A stretch of 64,000 nucleotides of DNA from Phoronis australis (taxonomy: Eukaryota; Animalia; Phoronida): assembly GCA_002633005.1 (NCBI GenBank), contig NMRA01000014.1:1021529-1085528 (forward strand), in the 5' to 3' direction. The translations under genes were made by a program, and so were the position numbers. The notes below the pieces were generated by a model that made no database searches, had not been told where the DNA came from, and saw nothing but the letters and a program-made list of their open reading frames with translations. Shown here in pieces: positions 1 to 11,577 of this stretch; position 1 is the first letter of the stretch; the number at the start of each line of letters is the position of its first letter.

Positions 1-2178
1 GACACGTTTGTTCGAGAACCCTCATCTCTATGCCTAATGTCACCTTGGGCTTTGACGTCACAACACAAGATGGTGTACATATCAACTGTCTACATATTAC
101 AACGCAGGATGAATGTCAGATTTTATTTACTGACGAGTTACCTGGGGGCACTGCTGCTGACTATGCCTAGCATATTAATGACACACTTGAAAATATTGCC
201 GATGTGTATGCCACTTACCATAATCTTGATTTTGAGGACTGTCGGCTGGCAATGATTAAGAATTTTTCGAATACAATGAGTGACTGGGCCATTATAAATC
301 ATATTACCATAACCATGCTCGAGATACACTGGTATACATCACTCAACAAACTTAACTGTCACCTTCATCCATTGGACACCATCGCCACTTCATACAGACC
401 TGTACTGAAGTCTCATTAAAATGTACTGGGAAAAGTCTTTGACTGCAATTGCTTTTTTTTAATTTATGTATTTGAGTATAATAATTGTACTATAGATTTC
501 TTTGTAGTATTGATCCCAGATACAATGTCTCTTGGAGCTTTCTGGTTATGTATATTAATTGTACTGAATATTTCACAACATTGAAAAAAACACAATTGTT
601 ATGCAGCAAATCGTGTGTTAGCCCTCAACAAAGTTCGCTTGAAGGATGACAAAGGCAACCCCAAAAGCTTCAAAGCTTTCCTGGATGAAGCCCAGCTTGG
701 GTGTGGATTCATTCAACGGTATCGGGGCAACAGAGTACATTTGTTGTTTGATTTGTGTGGAAAATATTTCCAATGTCAAAATTCATTTCATGAATTTCTG
801 GCTTGCAGTGCCTTACAGAAAGCTGTCTGTGCAGATTTCTCTCCTGAATTGGCCACAATAGAATTTCAAGTTTTTGGACTTGTGGGAAAATTGTTAAGTG
901 GTCCTTGGATGAAACGAATTTTCCAAGCTGCCAGTGACGTAAACCACATCGAGGCTTTCAAACACGTCCAGTATGTGGTTTACAAGTGCAAATCAACTGT
1001 GGACAACTCCATGTACACGCTTGTAGTGTTCGCAATCGTGTTTTGGTTAGGACAGGAAGAGGAAGTTCAGAAAAGAGCCAGCCATTTTATAACCAGACAT
1101 TGTGTTCTTAATAAAGTTTTATATCGATCATTGTCGTCTTCATCAACACACTACATTGGCCATGAGGATCTGCTGTGAAACACTTAGGAATCCATCTTGA
1201 GCTAGAGTGTGTCAGGATAGCTGGAGGTTTGCCGCATTACCCTAAATTTGACTGTTTTGGAGATGGCTTGCAGGTATGTTCAAAGTAGGTAAATCGCCTA
1301 AAGACAAACATTTTCGAAGGCTACGAAATCAGTAACCCAGTACACCAAGGAGCATTGCTCCTTACCTATGGTCTCAATGACATTTTTGACTCTCTTTTGT
1401 GCAATGATGGTGTCATGTCTGCGTGCTATTGTTGAGATTTCGGAGTCAGTACAGACGGTACTTCAATGGACACCACCCAGCAAGTTCTACTCGAGACAAG
1501 TTCTGCAAGATTACATAACATGGACAGTGAGGAGGTGATGGGGATGTTCAGTGATTTAAAGGTTAAGGCCCCAAATGCCACGTTGTGTAATATGTCCTCA
1601 AAATTGAGAGCACAGAAGAATAAAGTAATAGAAAATCTCAATGCTTTGACAGACGACAGGCAAACCACTGTTATTAAAGCGGTAATCCATCTTGGAAGCA
1701 CTGTGACTTCAGAAGGACCCAGTCGGCTGAAGTGAACAAAGAACTGAAAAAAGACTCAAAGCAAAGGTATCACAAAAGAAGTGCAGCTTTGTACAAAACT
1801 TAAGAAAAAGTTAAAAAGCAAAGCTTTAGACATTGAAAAGGACTTCCCTGATTTGAACCCAAACCTGAGAGATTCATTAAAAGATATAATGAACAGTCGT
1901 ATTGTTAGCAGACATATTCTGCACAGGTGGATTGAAAACAATGGTCACTATATCGTAGAAAAGTGGGAAAACTCCAAATATGCCAAAAAAGGTCACACAT
2001 ATCTGCATCAAGTTACACTTGTCCACAACAATGACCTATTACACTCGTGCAATTTTGTTGTATAAAACTGTGATAACATTCAAACCATTTGATATAGGGA
2101 AGCTTATGATGTAGCCTTTCCAATGGTGCCAAATTCTTTGTTAAATGTGGAAAAAAAATTTTGTCACGTCCCTAGCTA
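1..2178 (+). mobile_element. Decayed cut-and-paste DNA transposon: DDE transposase with CxxH motif (hAT/MULE/P-like fold), broken by stops and frameshifts
   Basis: Translated fragments in order: LGFDVTTQDGVHINCLHIT, DELPGGTAADYA, NTMSDWAIINH, LNCHLHPLD (CxxH), YRGNRVHLLF, HNMDSEEVMGMFS. Probable terminus ...TGTCACGTCCCTAGCTA near 2162-2178. A LINE-like fragment (EEVQKRASHFITR) interrupts it near 1050-1100. Confidence 0.6.
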
Positions 2179-2289
2179 TGCGCCGCGTACCTTGTCCAGT
2201 GCAGAGGAAAACTATTGTCAGACCAAGAAAGGATTGGTCGTCGTTTAGGCGGTAGAGAAATTTTCGAAATCTCTAATTGGTCGTACATT

Positions 2290-3700
2290 CGAAATTTACA
2301 AGGACCACAAACCGTTGCTTGGATTACTTGGAGAAAATCGTGCAATTCCAACTACGGCTTCCGGGACGATTATTCATTGGAGTTTGTCTCTTTCTAAGTA
2401 TAACTACAAACTGGTGTACAAGCCAGATGCTCAAAATCACTAACGCCGACTGTTTATCACAATATCCCCAGCTGAACATTGTACATGCTTTGGAAGTTGG
2501 CGAGAAAGTGCAGTTATCTGAACATTTGATCGTGACCCTATTCTCGCATAGGTTGGAAAGAATCGGACTGTGGTGATAACGAGTTGAAACCATACATTTC
2601 TCGCAAGGATGAGTTTACCCTCATGAATGGTTGTGTACTGTGGTGTTTTTGTGTTGTGATACCACCCCAAGGCCAAGATAAGGTTACCTAGGAGATACAT
2701 GACATGCACCTAGGGATTCTAGGAATGAAAGGGCTAGCTCGAGGTTATGTGTGGTGGCCTGAAATAGACAAGGATCCAGAGCGGAAAGTTAATACATGGC
2801 ATACATCCAGTCGGTTCAGTCGTTCTCTGATCGCAATCACCAACCATCCCGCGGAAACTGTACGACAGATCACATGACAAGTCACGTGACAACTCAGTGG
2901 CCTGATGAAGTCGAGAGGAGGACGCAACGTAGCCATCTCCACGTAGTGTAAGTCCAGTAATAGATTTATTGATTCTTATACTATGACTCAACTGGATGAC
3001 TGAAAACATTCATCATATCACCAACCATTACACTCATGGGAGTTTCCATCGAAACTATGGTCATGTTTGTATATCGATTACGCAGGACCGTTGGAAAGTA
3101 ACATGTATTTAGTAGTAATGGATGCTCATTCAAAGTGGTTGGATGTTATTCCTACTAGTGGATCTACTTCAGCTACGACGATCAAGACATTGCGTTCGCT
3201 ATTTTGCGTCCACAGGTTGCTGGATATGTTGGTGTCTGATAACGTGTCATCGTTCACCAGAGCGGAATTTCAGGAGTTCATGAAAAAGAATGGAATTCAA
3301 CACGTAACAGGTGTCCCCTACCATCCCGCTACAAACAGGTTAGCAGAGAGAGCCATGTGTAATTTCAAAGAAGCAATGAGTAAGAATCAAGGGACATTGG
3401 AAGACGAACTGTGTTGATTTTTATTTGATTATCGCATCACTCTTCATGCGGCAATGGCTGTTCCCCTGTGTGAGTCGCTAATGAAGCGCCACTTTGTTTC
3501 ACACTTTGATCGCATGGTGCCCTCGGTGAGTGATAGAGTGCGAGACCCAACCGTCCCAGATGAAACACAACAAACGCTCCAGGCATTTACAAGTGTTTGA
3601 GATAGGTGATTAATGTGCTCGTCAGGAACTACTCGAGTTACAGTTCAATAAATACCGGGGAATGTTGAAGGCATTACATCACCAGTGTCTAGCAAATTCA
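2290..3700 (+). pseudogene. Gypsy/Ty3 LTR-retrotransposon pol relic (RNase H end, integrase H2C2 region, rve core)
   Basis: ADCLSQYP; IHDMHLGILGMKGLARGYVWWPEID; YIDYAGPLESNMYLVVMDAHSKW...LVSDN...PYHPATNRLAERA (ORF 3067-3417). Frameshifts, and a ~200-bp insert near 2800-3000. Confidence 0.85.
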
Positions 3701-3849
3701 AACTGGCTGCAGACAACTAGTCAGGAAGCATTTGTCAAGCATGAAAACATGATGGCTAACTCCCTGGTCGCTGAGTTCCAAGATGTCTTCGACTACAGTA
3801 TAGGTAGACTGGAAGGACCTGTCAAAATGAATGTACAGGAGGGAGCTGC

Positions 3850-4763
3850 AGTTTTCCTGCATGTGTTTTAGTTACTTGGATGTCGTTTGCTTTTATGCTG
3901 TAATTCTTGTAACATTCAATTGGTTTTATATATTACGTCGTACACCGACGATGTTACATTGGCGACAAGGATATATTTTCAATGAAACTTTTTGAAGATG
4001 GTAGAAGGAGGAGATAGTTCACATATACCAAAATTCGACTGTTTTTCCAATCCAGCCACAGTAGGATCAAGATGGGAGCAGTGGTTGAAAGCAGTTTGCC
4101 TATAGTAAAGGCCTGGTCATAGAGCCAGGTTCTGACAAGAATTGCCAGAGGCGCTGAGCTCAGCTGTTACATTACGCTGGTCCCGAAGTACAGGATATTT
4201 TTGGACCTTGACGGACACGGGCACAGCCAAATATTACGACTTGGCAGTCCAGAAACTGAACGAACACTTTGTTCCCCAAGTGAACACTGCTTTCGCCCGA
4301 CATTCGTTTCGTCAACTAACGCAAAAGGACGGTGAAACAACACTGCAATTCGCAACTCGTTTGCGACAAGCAGTGAAAGAGTGTGCGTATGAGGCCGACA
4401 CAGACAACCACATCCACGACAAAATTTTGTCAAAACACAATCAGAATACCTGAGACAAAAATTGCTTGAAGAAGGAAAGGATCTCACCCTAGGAAGAACT
4501 CTAGAAATAGCCAAAAGCTGCTAAGGAAAGGAAAGATTTCATGTATTGAGTTTCTAACAGATGCTTATTAGTTCCGGTAGCACTTAAATGTATGACTGTT
4601 AATCACGTGTCACTATGACGTATATCCTTAGCGTGTATAAATAGTTTTCCTGCATGTGTTTTAGTTACTTGGATGTTGTTTGCTTTAATGCTGATTACTT
4701 TGACAATATAATTCTTATAACATTCAATTGGTTTTATATACGTCGTACACCAATGACGTTACA
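3850..4763 (+). mobile_element. Gag-only, internally deleted LTR retroelement nested in Gypsy relics
   Basis: 5' LTR remnant 3850-3958 matches the end of the 3' LTR 4537-4763, and both end GTTACA. PBS-like TTGGCGACAAGGAT at 3959-3972. Gag fragments PKFDC...GSRWEQW and KLNEHFVPQVNTAFARHSFRQLTQKDGETTLQFATRLRQ. Polypurine tract AAGGAAAGGAAAGA at 4523-4536. Confidence 0.75.
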
Positions 4764-6193
4764 GTAACTACCAGCAGAAAGCCTGCACACAAACTTCCAC
4801 TCAATTCAGCACACATAGCCTGCAAATTCTATGGTTTGTCACATGGTATACGAAAAGCAGATTGTCTAGCCTGGGGCAAAACATACTCTGTCATAAGCAC
4901 AACCATTTTGCGTCGAAATGTGCCACTGCTGGTAAAGTTGTAGTATCTGGTAATATTCGACAAACGACCTGTACACTAGTGATGTGGAACGGCACACACG
5001 AACACCAGTTGGTGAAACCACTGCATCGGAGTTTAATAAGCACACTAACCAAACCCACAACATGAATCTGATCAAAGTTAATAACTGCCTCATCATATAT
5101 CAAGTGGCAAAAGAAGACATAGGTCTGGGTGAATTGGGTGAGGCCCACCTCTGTGTGAACAAAGATGTCAAAGCTACGACTTTGCCATTCAGAATAATGT
5201 ACCTGTTGCACTGCGTAACTGTGTAAAGGAAGAAATCAACTGCCAGGTTACTCTTGGAGTCCTATTACCTGTAACAGAACCTATTGAGTGGGTCAGACAG
5301 ATGACTGCTGTTCACAAACCCAATGGCAAGCTGCACCTGTGCATTGATCCTCAATCCTTAAACCAAGCAGTGCTAAGACAGCAATTCAAACTTCCCAGAG
5401 TAGACGAAGTACTGCCTATGCTGATACACTTAGCCATGCATTCCTGAATACTGTTGACTATGAAGGACATCTCAGACGCACGTCTGCAGGAAGTGAAGAA
5501 GGCAACCGATGAAGATCTCCTGATGTCCTCATTAAGCTCATGTCGTCTGAACGAGTGGCCTAATAAACATTGAATGCCTGCTGAGCTGAAGACATATCAC
5601 AGTATGCACGACATCCTCTCATGTGAAGCTGGAATCATCCAAAACTTTGAAGTGATTGTGATCCCAAGTCAAATGTTTAAGGACATAAGGACATCAGCGC
5701 ACACGTGCACATTAACTAGGACTACTTTTTTCCCACCACAAGTGCCAAGGCCAATCAGATAACCAAGGGCGCAAAGCTTTTTGAGAACAAGCTTGAGTTA
5801 CAGTCAATTTACACATAACTATATTCAAATCAATGATGCCAGTTCATCATGAACTCCCACGCATACACTGAGGTCATACATAGTGCACACCTCCAATGGA
5901 ACTGTTTGACAAAAGCACCAGGACTTAGGGCATTACGTGACGTGGAACAGACAGATGTCAAAACCGAACCTGTACACTGTTAGGAATTGCTATTGTTAAT
6001 GACCTGGTCTCACTAGTTATAAGTATTTTCAAGGATTCTGCTTCATTGGTTCACCCTCCTGTGAAGGAGATGTAGTGTTAGTTAAGCATCTGTCGCATAC
6101 TTTGTTACAACCCCATTATTTAGTTACAAGTTGTCCCACCGAATGGCGCTGTTCTTGTATTCATCCTCGAGTACCCAATAAAACATGGCTGAC
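4764..6193 (+). pseudogene. Second Gypsy gag-pol relic (zinc knuckle, RT N-terminus) with probable PPT and 3' LTR
   Basis: Zinc knuckles CKFYGLSH...CLAWGKT / CHKHNHFASKC. RT motif VTEPIEWVRQMTAVHKPNGKLHLCIDPQSLNQAV at ~5270-5400. GAAGGAGA then TGTAGT...AATAAA...TGACA at ~6063-6193. Confidence 0.7.
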
Positions 6194-6822
6194 ATTTTAG
6201 AATGCTAAATTTAGTAAAAAAGTGGCCCTAGCCAGATTACCCCAAACATAAAAAAAACGCTCTCCTCCATAGAAACATCAAAACTCACAATGATTTTTCA
6301 TCAAACCTGTGATGTACTGAGGCACTGGGGCAAAAAAAATGCCACTAGAGGACATAGCCACCAAAAGGGGGGTCACAGCAGTGATCAGTTTGGCCCGAAC
6401 TTTCATAGGTAGTGCCGTCTCCTAAATAACAAATCGGCCAAGTTTCATAAAAATCCTGAGCGCGACTTGGTATAAGCAAATGCAAACCAATGACATTTCC
6501 TCCTCAATAGGAACAATACCACTAGATTTCGTAATGCTTCAAGTGGCTCAGCAGAGAGAGGTTAGAGCCAAAAATGGACAAAGAAAGGCCAACAGAGGCG
6601 TACCATAATCATATCAGTTGAAAAATAGGTAGGTGACAATTTCATCTTGATAGCAGCACCAGTGTTCTCCACAGCGTGTTTTCACTAGACGTACTAATGA
6701 GTTTAACCGACTGGTTTGAACTGAACTGCGACAAGTTTAAAAAAAGCGGTTTTAGGAAAATACTGTCATATATGTACCAAGCCACACTTTTATGGCTGTC
6801 ACACACATACCAATGAAGCCAA

Positions 6823-7093
6823 AGCTCTGTTATCACTGCCACATATGTAACAAGTCATAAATCTTATCACTGCCAAATGTGTAATAAATCGCAGCTGTGT
6901 TATCAATGCTACATGATTGTGTAACAAGTCACAGCTCTGTTATCGCTGCCACATATTATGTAAAAAGTCACAGCTTTGTTATCACTGCCACATAATTATT
7001 TAACAAGTCACAGCACTGTTATCACTGCCACATATGTAACAAGCCACAGCTATGTTATCACTGCCACTTAACTAACAAACCAAAGATCTGTTA
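6823..7093. repeat. ~36-40 bp minisatellite (about 7 copies) in the ZDHHC4 3' UTR
   Basis: Unit CACAGCTCTGTTATCACTGCCACATATGTAACAAGT is repeated up to the stop codon. Confidence 0.9.
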
Positions 7094-7336
7094 ATGCTTC
7101 ATTTTCTTGCTTGTATGCGACTGTGACAGAAGCACTTCCTTGATGTTTCTCCACAGACTCTTGTTGTAGACACAGTGTCCTGTGCGGCCCATCACCATCA
7201 GCTTATACCTCTCATATGATGTCTTGTTAATGCAGACTAGATATAGGTGAAAGAGCAGAAGGCCAGCCAGGACAAGGACAGTCACCGTAACACTAACAGT
7301 CAGTAGCACCACCCGTGGGTATTGGTTGAAGAAGTA
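7091..7336 (-). CDS. ZDHHC4: Palmitoyltransferase ZDHHC4, coding exon 5 (last)
   Basis: Acceptor tgttgcag|TAC. YFFNQYPRVVLL...FHLYLVCINKTSYERYK...YNKSLWRNIKEV (TTxE-like and PaCCT-like motifs). TAA at 7091-7093. Confidence 0.9.
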   Translation of the reverse strand, partial: YFFNQYPRVVLLTVSVTVTVLVLAGLLLFHLYLVCINKTSYERYKLMVMGRTGHCVYNKSLWRNIKEVLLSQSHTSKKMKH

Positions 7337-7733
7337 CTGCAACACAGAGGGTAGTGAGTGAATACAGCAGTGGCACCTACACACAAGTATTAGCACAAGT
7401 TTTAGGCAAATAACATTTTGTTGACAAAAAGAAATAAACTATCCCTTGAGTGTAATTTTCTTAATACAGAGTAACCATGCAAAGACGATTTGGTGAGGCA
7501 CGGGACCTAAAAAGAATAATCAATGGATTTCTACCAATGCTATCACTGTCTGGTTTAATTGCTAGCTTATTCATCATGGGAAGTAACATACAGGGTCATG
7601 TTGACTGCTACACGAAACACTTCAATCATTATCGGCTGTTGAAGGTAGGTTGAATCCCCCATAAAACCTTTGTGTTAGCTATCATTGACTGCCTGCACAC
7701 AAGCATGACAAATGAACACCAAGTACAACATAC

Positions 7734-7978
7734 CTGAGTCAGAGACCAGTAGGTCATATGTCTCTCTATATCATACTTGTCAATGTACTTGACGTGCATT
7801 AGGTGATACCGGTCTGTTATGTCCATCAACATGTGGGCCGACATGAGAACAGCGTTAGTGCCAGACATGATGACAGTGAGCAGGAAGGCCAGGAAGTAGC
7901 GATGGTTGTTAGCTCCAATACAGCTATTGGTCCACACACAGTGGTGGTCGTAGCGTAGTATGCACCTCTTACACATCA
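7734..7978 (-). CDS. ZDHHC4: ZDHHC4 coding exon 4 (DHHC catalytic motif)
   Basis: attgcag|TG ... CAG|gtatgt. [27 protein letters not shown]. Confidence 0.93.
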
Positions 7979-8210
7979 CTGCAATATACAATAAACAAAG
8001 TCAGTTAGTTCACTCACAATGGTGGTCAACATTTGGAGAATATTGCATAAGGTATAGTACTTGGAAGTTTCATATGGATCCGATAAGCTGCTTCTGAGAT
8101 ATAATGTTCTGAAGTTGGCCAAAATTGGAGATTTTTCTAGGGTCCTACATGATCTTTTAAGACCTTAACTCATAATGTAGATGGCTCAGACCAAGATGGG
8201 AGGTCAGTAC

Positions 8211-8684
8211 TAACTCCCCACGGTGCCTAGACTGGGGTGGTCATTGCTAACTCACCACAAAGCCTAGACTGGGCTGATCAGTGCTAACTCCCCACAGAGC
8301 TAACTCACCACAGTGTCTAGACGGGGCTGGTCAGGGCTAACTCCCCACAGAGCTAACTCACCACAGTGTCTGGACTGGGCTGGTCAGCACTAACTCCCCA
8401 CAGTGTCTAGACTGGGCTGGTCATTGCTAACTCACCACAGTGCCTAGACTGGGCTGATCAGTGTTAACTCACCACAGTGCCTGGACTGGGCTGATCAGTG
8501 CTAACTCACCACAGTGCCTAGACTGGGCTGATCAGTCTTAACTCCCCACAGTGTCTAGACTGGGCTGGTCAGTGCTAACTCACCAGTGTCTAGACTGGGA
8601 TGGTTAACGCTAATTCACCACATTGTCTCAACTAAGCTTGTCAGTGTTAACTCACCACAATGCCTAGACCGGGGTGGTCTGTTC
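8211..8684. repeat. 37-bp minisatellite built from the ZDHHC4 exon-3 splice-donor junction
   Basis: Unit TAACTCACCACAGTGCCTAGACTGGGCTGATCAGTGC, about 11 full and 2 partial copies. The final copy (8648-8684) is the true exon/intron junction. Confidence 0.92.
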
Positions 8685-8960
8685 ATCCTACACTCCTCAC
8701 AGTATCCAGTACTCCTGTACACGACATCATCATATCTATATGCTGTCCTGTATTGCTTCAAATTGTTCCTCTCAATATAGCCAGGATCAGTATAGCAGCA
8801 CAGTCCAAATGAGATCGTTGAGGCAACCAGGAACATTAATGGTAGCAAGGTGTGATTAGTCAAGCTGTCCACAGCGTACAAGTAAGGAAGTACATCTACC
8901 ACTAACACCACATGAGCCAGACAGGTTAGTAGGCAATAGACTCCTTGGTAGAAATGGTTC
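8656..8960 (-). CDS. ZDHHC4: ZDHHC4 coding exon 3
   Basis: ctgttgcag|G ... TGT G|gtgagt. NHFYQ...CYTDPGYI...YRYDDVVY...CEECRMNRPPRSRHC (DPG motif and start of the Cys-rich domain). Confidence 0.92.
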
Positions 8961-9234
8961 CTGCAACAGCAAGGTTTACGAGTGAGTTCAAGCAATTCTT
9001 CTGAAAGTTTGTCGACTGGACATTTTCTAGTACTTGAATCAATACTTCATTTCCCCACATTTATTGGAGTCCTTACATAAATTTCTTTAATTTGGACAAT
9101 AGATACTCTATAAACCTCTAGTTTATTTTAATAAATAATTACTTTAAAACCATGGCTTTTAATTACTGTCATCATAGACTCCTGCGAATACAAATCAGGT
9201 ATTTCAGTAGCAAATGTACAAATCTAGCACTTAC

Positions 9235-9296
9235 CTTTCATGCAATAAGTAACTGAAACTTGTCAACAATATGTCCTGGCAGTCTTGTGGTAGTAT
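9235..9296 (-). CDS. ZDHHC4: ZDHHC4 coding exon 2
   Basis: tatttcag|ATA ... GAA AG|gtaagt. ILPQDCQDILLTSFSYLLHER; phases match both neighbours. Confidence 0.85.
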
Positions 9297-10039
9297 CTGA
9301 AATAAACAACATACAGTATTTGTTAAGATTAGCAACAGTGAATTCACAAAAACTTGTTAGAAACAATCACATCTTGGCAGGGCAACAATTTGACCCTACA
9401 AAGCGTTATGTTCTTACGATGGTGAAAACATAATTATTTTGATCAAGTCAAAGCTTGAACGAAATAGACAATATTGGTCACAGAGGTCAACGGCAAACAG
9501 TCAAGACATTAACCTTTGTCTCACACTATAAGGAACGCTGTGTTGGCAGCTCCTTTGTATGATTTCATGTATTGCACAGTCTATGTTCCGATAATGTTGA
9601 CACAAACCACAGAGCCCGATATTTGAGAAATACAATGCGGGCCAAAATCACCTAGGTCCCAAATCTTAGAGGCGGCCCAAATTGAAGAATCCTTACGGTT
9701 TGTAGTTGACGAAACTTTCAAGCTGTCAGTGATGGCAATATGTAGCCATTGTATCATAAATGTGTGGGCGCATAATAAGACTCTAGGAATGGAATGCTAT
9801 CATTAATCTCGAGCAAATGGCATTGCAATGCATGTGCGTGGGTGGACATTTGCATTCGTTTGTTCCGGCGTTGTAAAAATATTAATTACCACCAAGGGGC
9901 ACAGTAGTAGTCAGAAAGACAGTTGTCATCATCTGTTTTCACGTTTGCCAAATATGACAGCAGTCCTGCAAGGGATTCAGGAAATACAGCCATGGACGCC
10001 AGACAGAGATGATAGCAATAAGCAACCACATACAAAAGA

Positions 10040-10250
10040 TAACTGCAGGTGGTCTGGTACACATTGTACGAGATGTGCTCAGTAGGAACCCTTGCACTGA
10101 ACTGGAACCATATTTATTCTTCGTTATATAATAAAAATCAAGCTCAGGAGCTAGAGACCTGACTCAAAGGTCCAGCAATATGCCCCAGTAGGACTCGAAC
10201 CCACAACCATGGGTAAAGGAAGTGAAAACCGACTTCATTATGCTACAATG
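10040..10250 (-). mobile_element. tRNA-derived SINE copy
   Basis: On - strand: B box GGTTCGAGTCC (10191-10201) and tail GTACAATGTGTACCAGACCACCTGCA, shared with the copy at 18726-18952. Confidence 0.7.
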
Positions 10251-10296
10251 TATTCTCAGCCATACAAGTGGACACACATAAATAATCAAAGCATAC

Positions 10297-10422
10297 CGGC
10301 CAGATATAATCTGTGAAGGTTGACGAGCAGATGCATACTACTGTTGACGACCTGAAGTAATATGCAGCAGTACCAGTGATGAACACTAGCATATAGCATA
10401 TCAGTAGTGTTGCAAAGTCCAT
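10297..10422 (-). CDS. ZDHHC4: ZDHHC4 coding exon 1
   Basis: MDFATLLICYMLVFITG...DYIWP|gtatgc; the MDF + hydrophobic start is typical of ZDHHC4. Full model: complement(join(7091..7336,7734..7978,8656..8960,9235..9296,10297..10422)) = 984 nt, 327 aa. Confidence 0.85.
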
Positions 10423-11577
10423 CTAAGTCTCTTCTTCAACTGTTTCATGGAAAGCAAAGAGAAATACATCACACAATAAGTGAGCCATCAGGATCAAAGT
10501 CTTCAAGACTTGCTTCATATCAATCAATGGATGTACACATCAACAACTCATGTCCAAAGCGAATTATAGAACAAAAATTACCTGTTTATCTGAATGATCA
10601 GGTCAAGTACAGGCTTCTTAGCACCATCTGCATTCCACAATGATTGACTCTAAGCCTAATGGTTTGGATACTCAGCTCTCACGCAGAGAAGACCACTTCA
10701 AGTCTCGACATATGACCAATGAAAACCCTGATTAACTGTTTGGACTTTATTTGGCCAGTTTTTTTTACCAGCAATGGCGCAAAGCTAGTGTTGTAAATTT
10801 TAGGATACAGGTTTGCACCAAGACTTGGTCCAAGTCCAAGGCTTGGGCTATCACACCATATGCTTATGGCTATGGCTGTACTGTACTATGAATCGACACG
10901 ATGGACACAGGAGGACGTGATACACAGAACCCTCCTATAGCCTACTGAAATAAAATAAGCATTTTACAAACTGCTTTAAGTTACTTACTGACACCGTAGC
11001 CATAGCTGTAGCCATAGCGTAGCGAGACCTATTCCGCCATAATAAACCTGTCCTGAACCTTATCCATTGCGACAGAAAAATGTCGTTAAAACTCGTAAAC
11101 CTCTCATTTCGAGATCTCATTACAGTTAACTGGGAACCAGTCGGATTCTTGACAGGTTCAGTGATGTACATTAACGACCGGGAGTGCAAGTGTTTTGTTT
11201 TGGATAACGAATTTGTAGGATTGAAAACCCTGTACCATGTGAGCATCAAACCATGCGTTTTGAGATAACTTATTTTTGAAATTATGATGGAATTCGTTCA
11301 TGAGTGTGGCTGGTCTGCTACTCTTCTAATATTAGTAGCCTTGCATACGGTGCAGAGCTGCATATTATGCATAATGTTCACATATTAATATTCATCTGCA
11401 GAAAACCAATCATTGTTATGACCAATGCTCTTTAAATGCTATAGTAGACCAAGCAGAAACAACAAAGGAGCTGAAAAATTGTCATGCTCTACACATCAAT
11501 AGGTGCAAGCCCAGTTGCAATAGGCAACTGAAACACCACAGGTTGTCATTGTTAGTTTAGTCCATTGTTGCTGTATA

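Noticed and set aside
8211-8684. 37-bp repeats as a CRISPR array
   Set aside because: Head-to-tail tandem units with no unique spacers, no cas genes, and a eukaryotic intron context.
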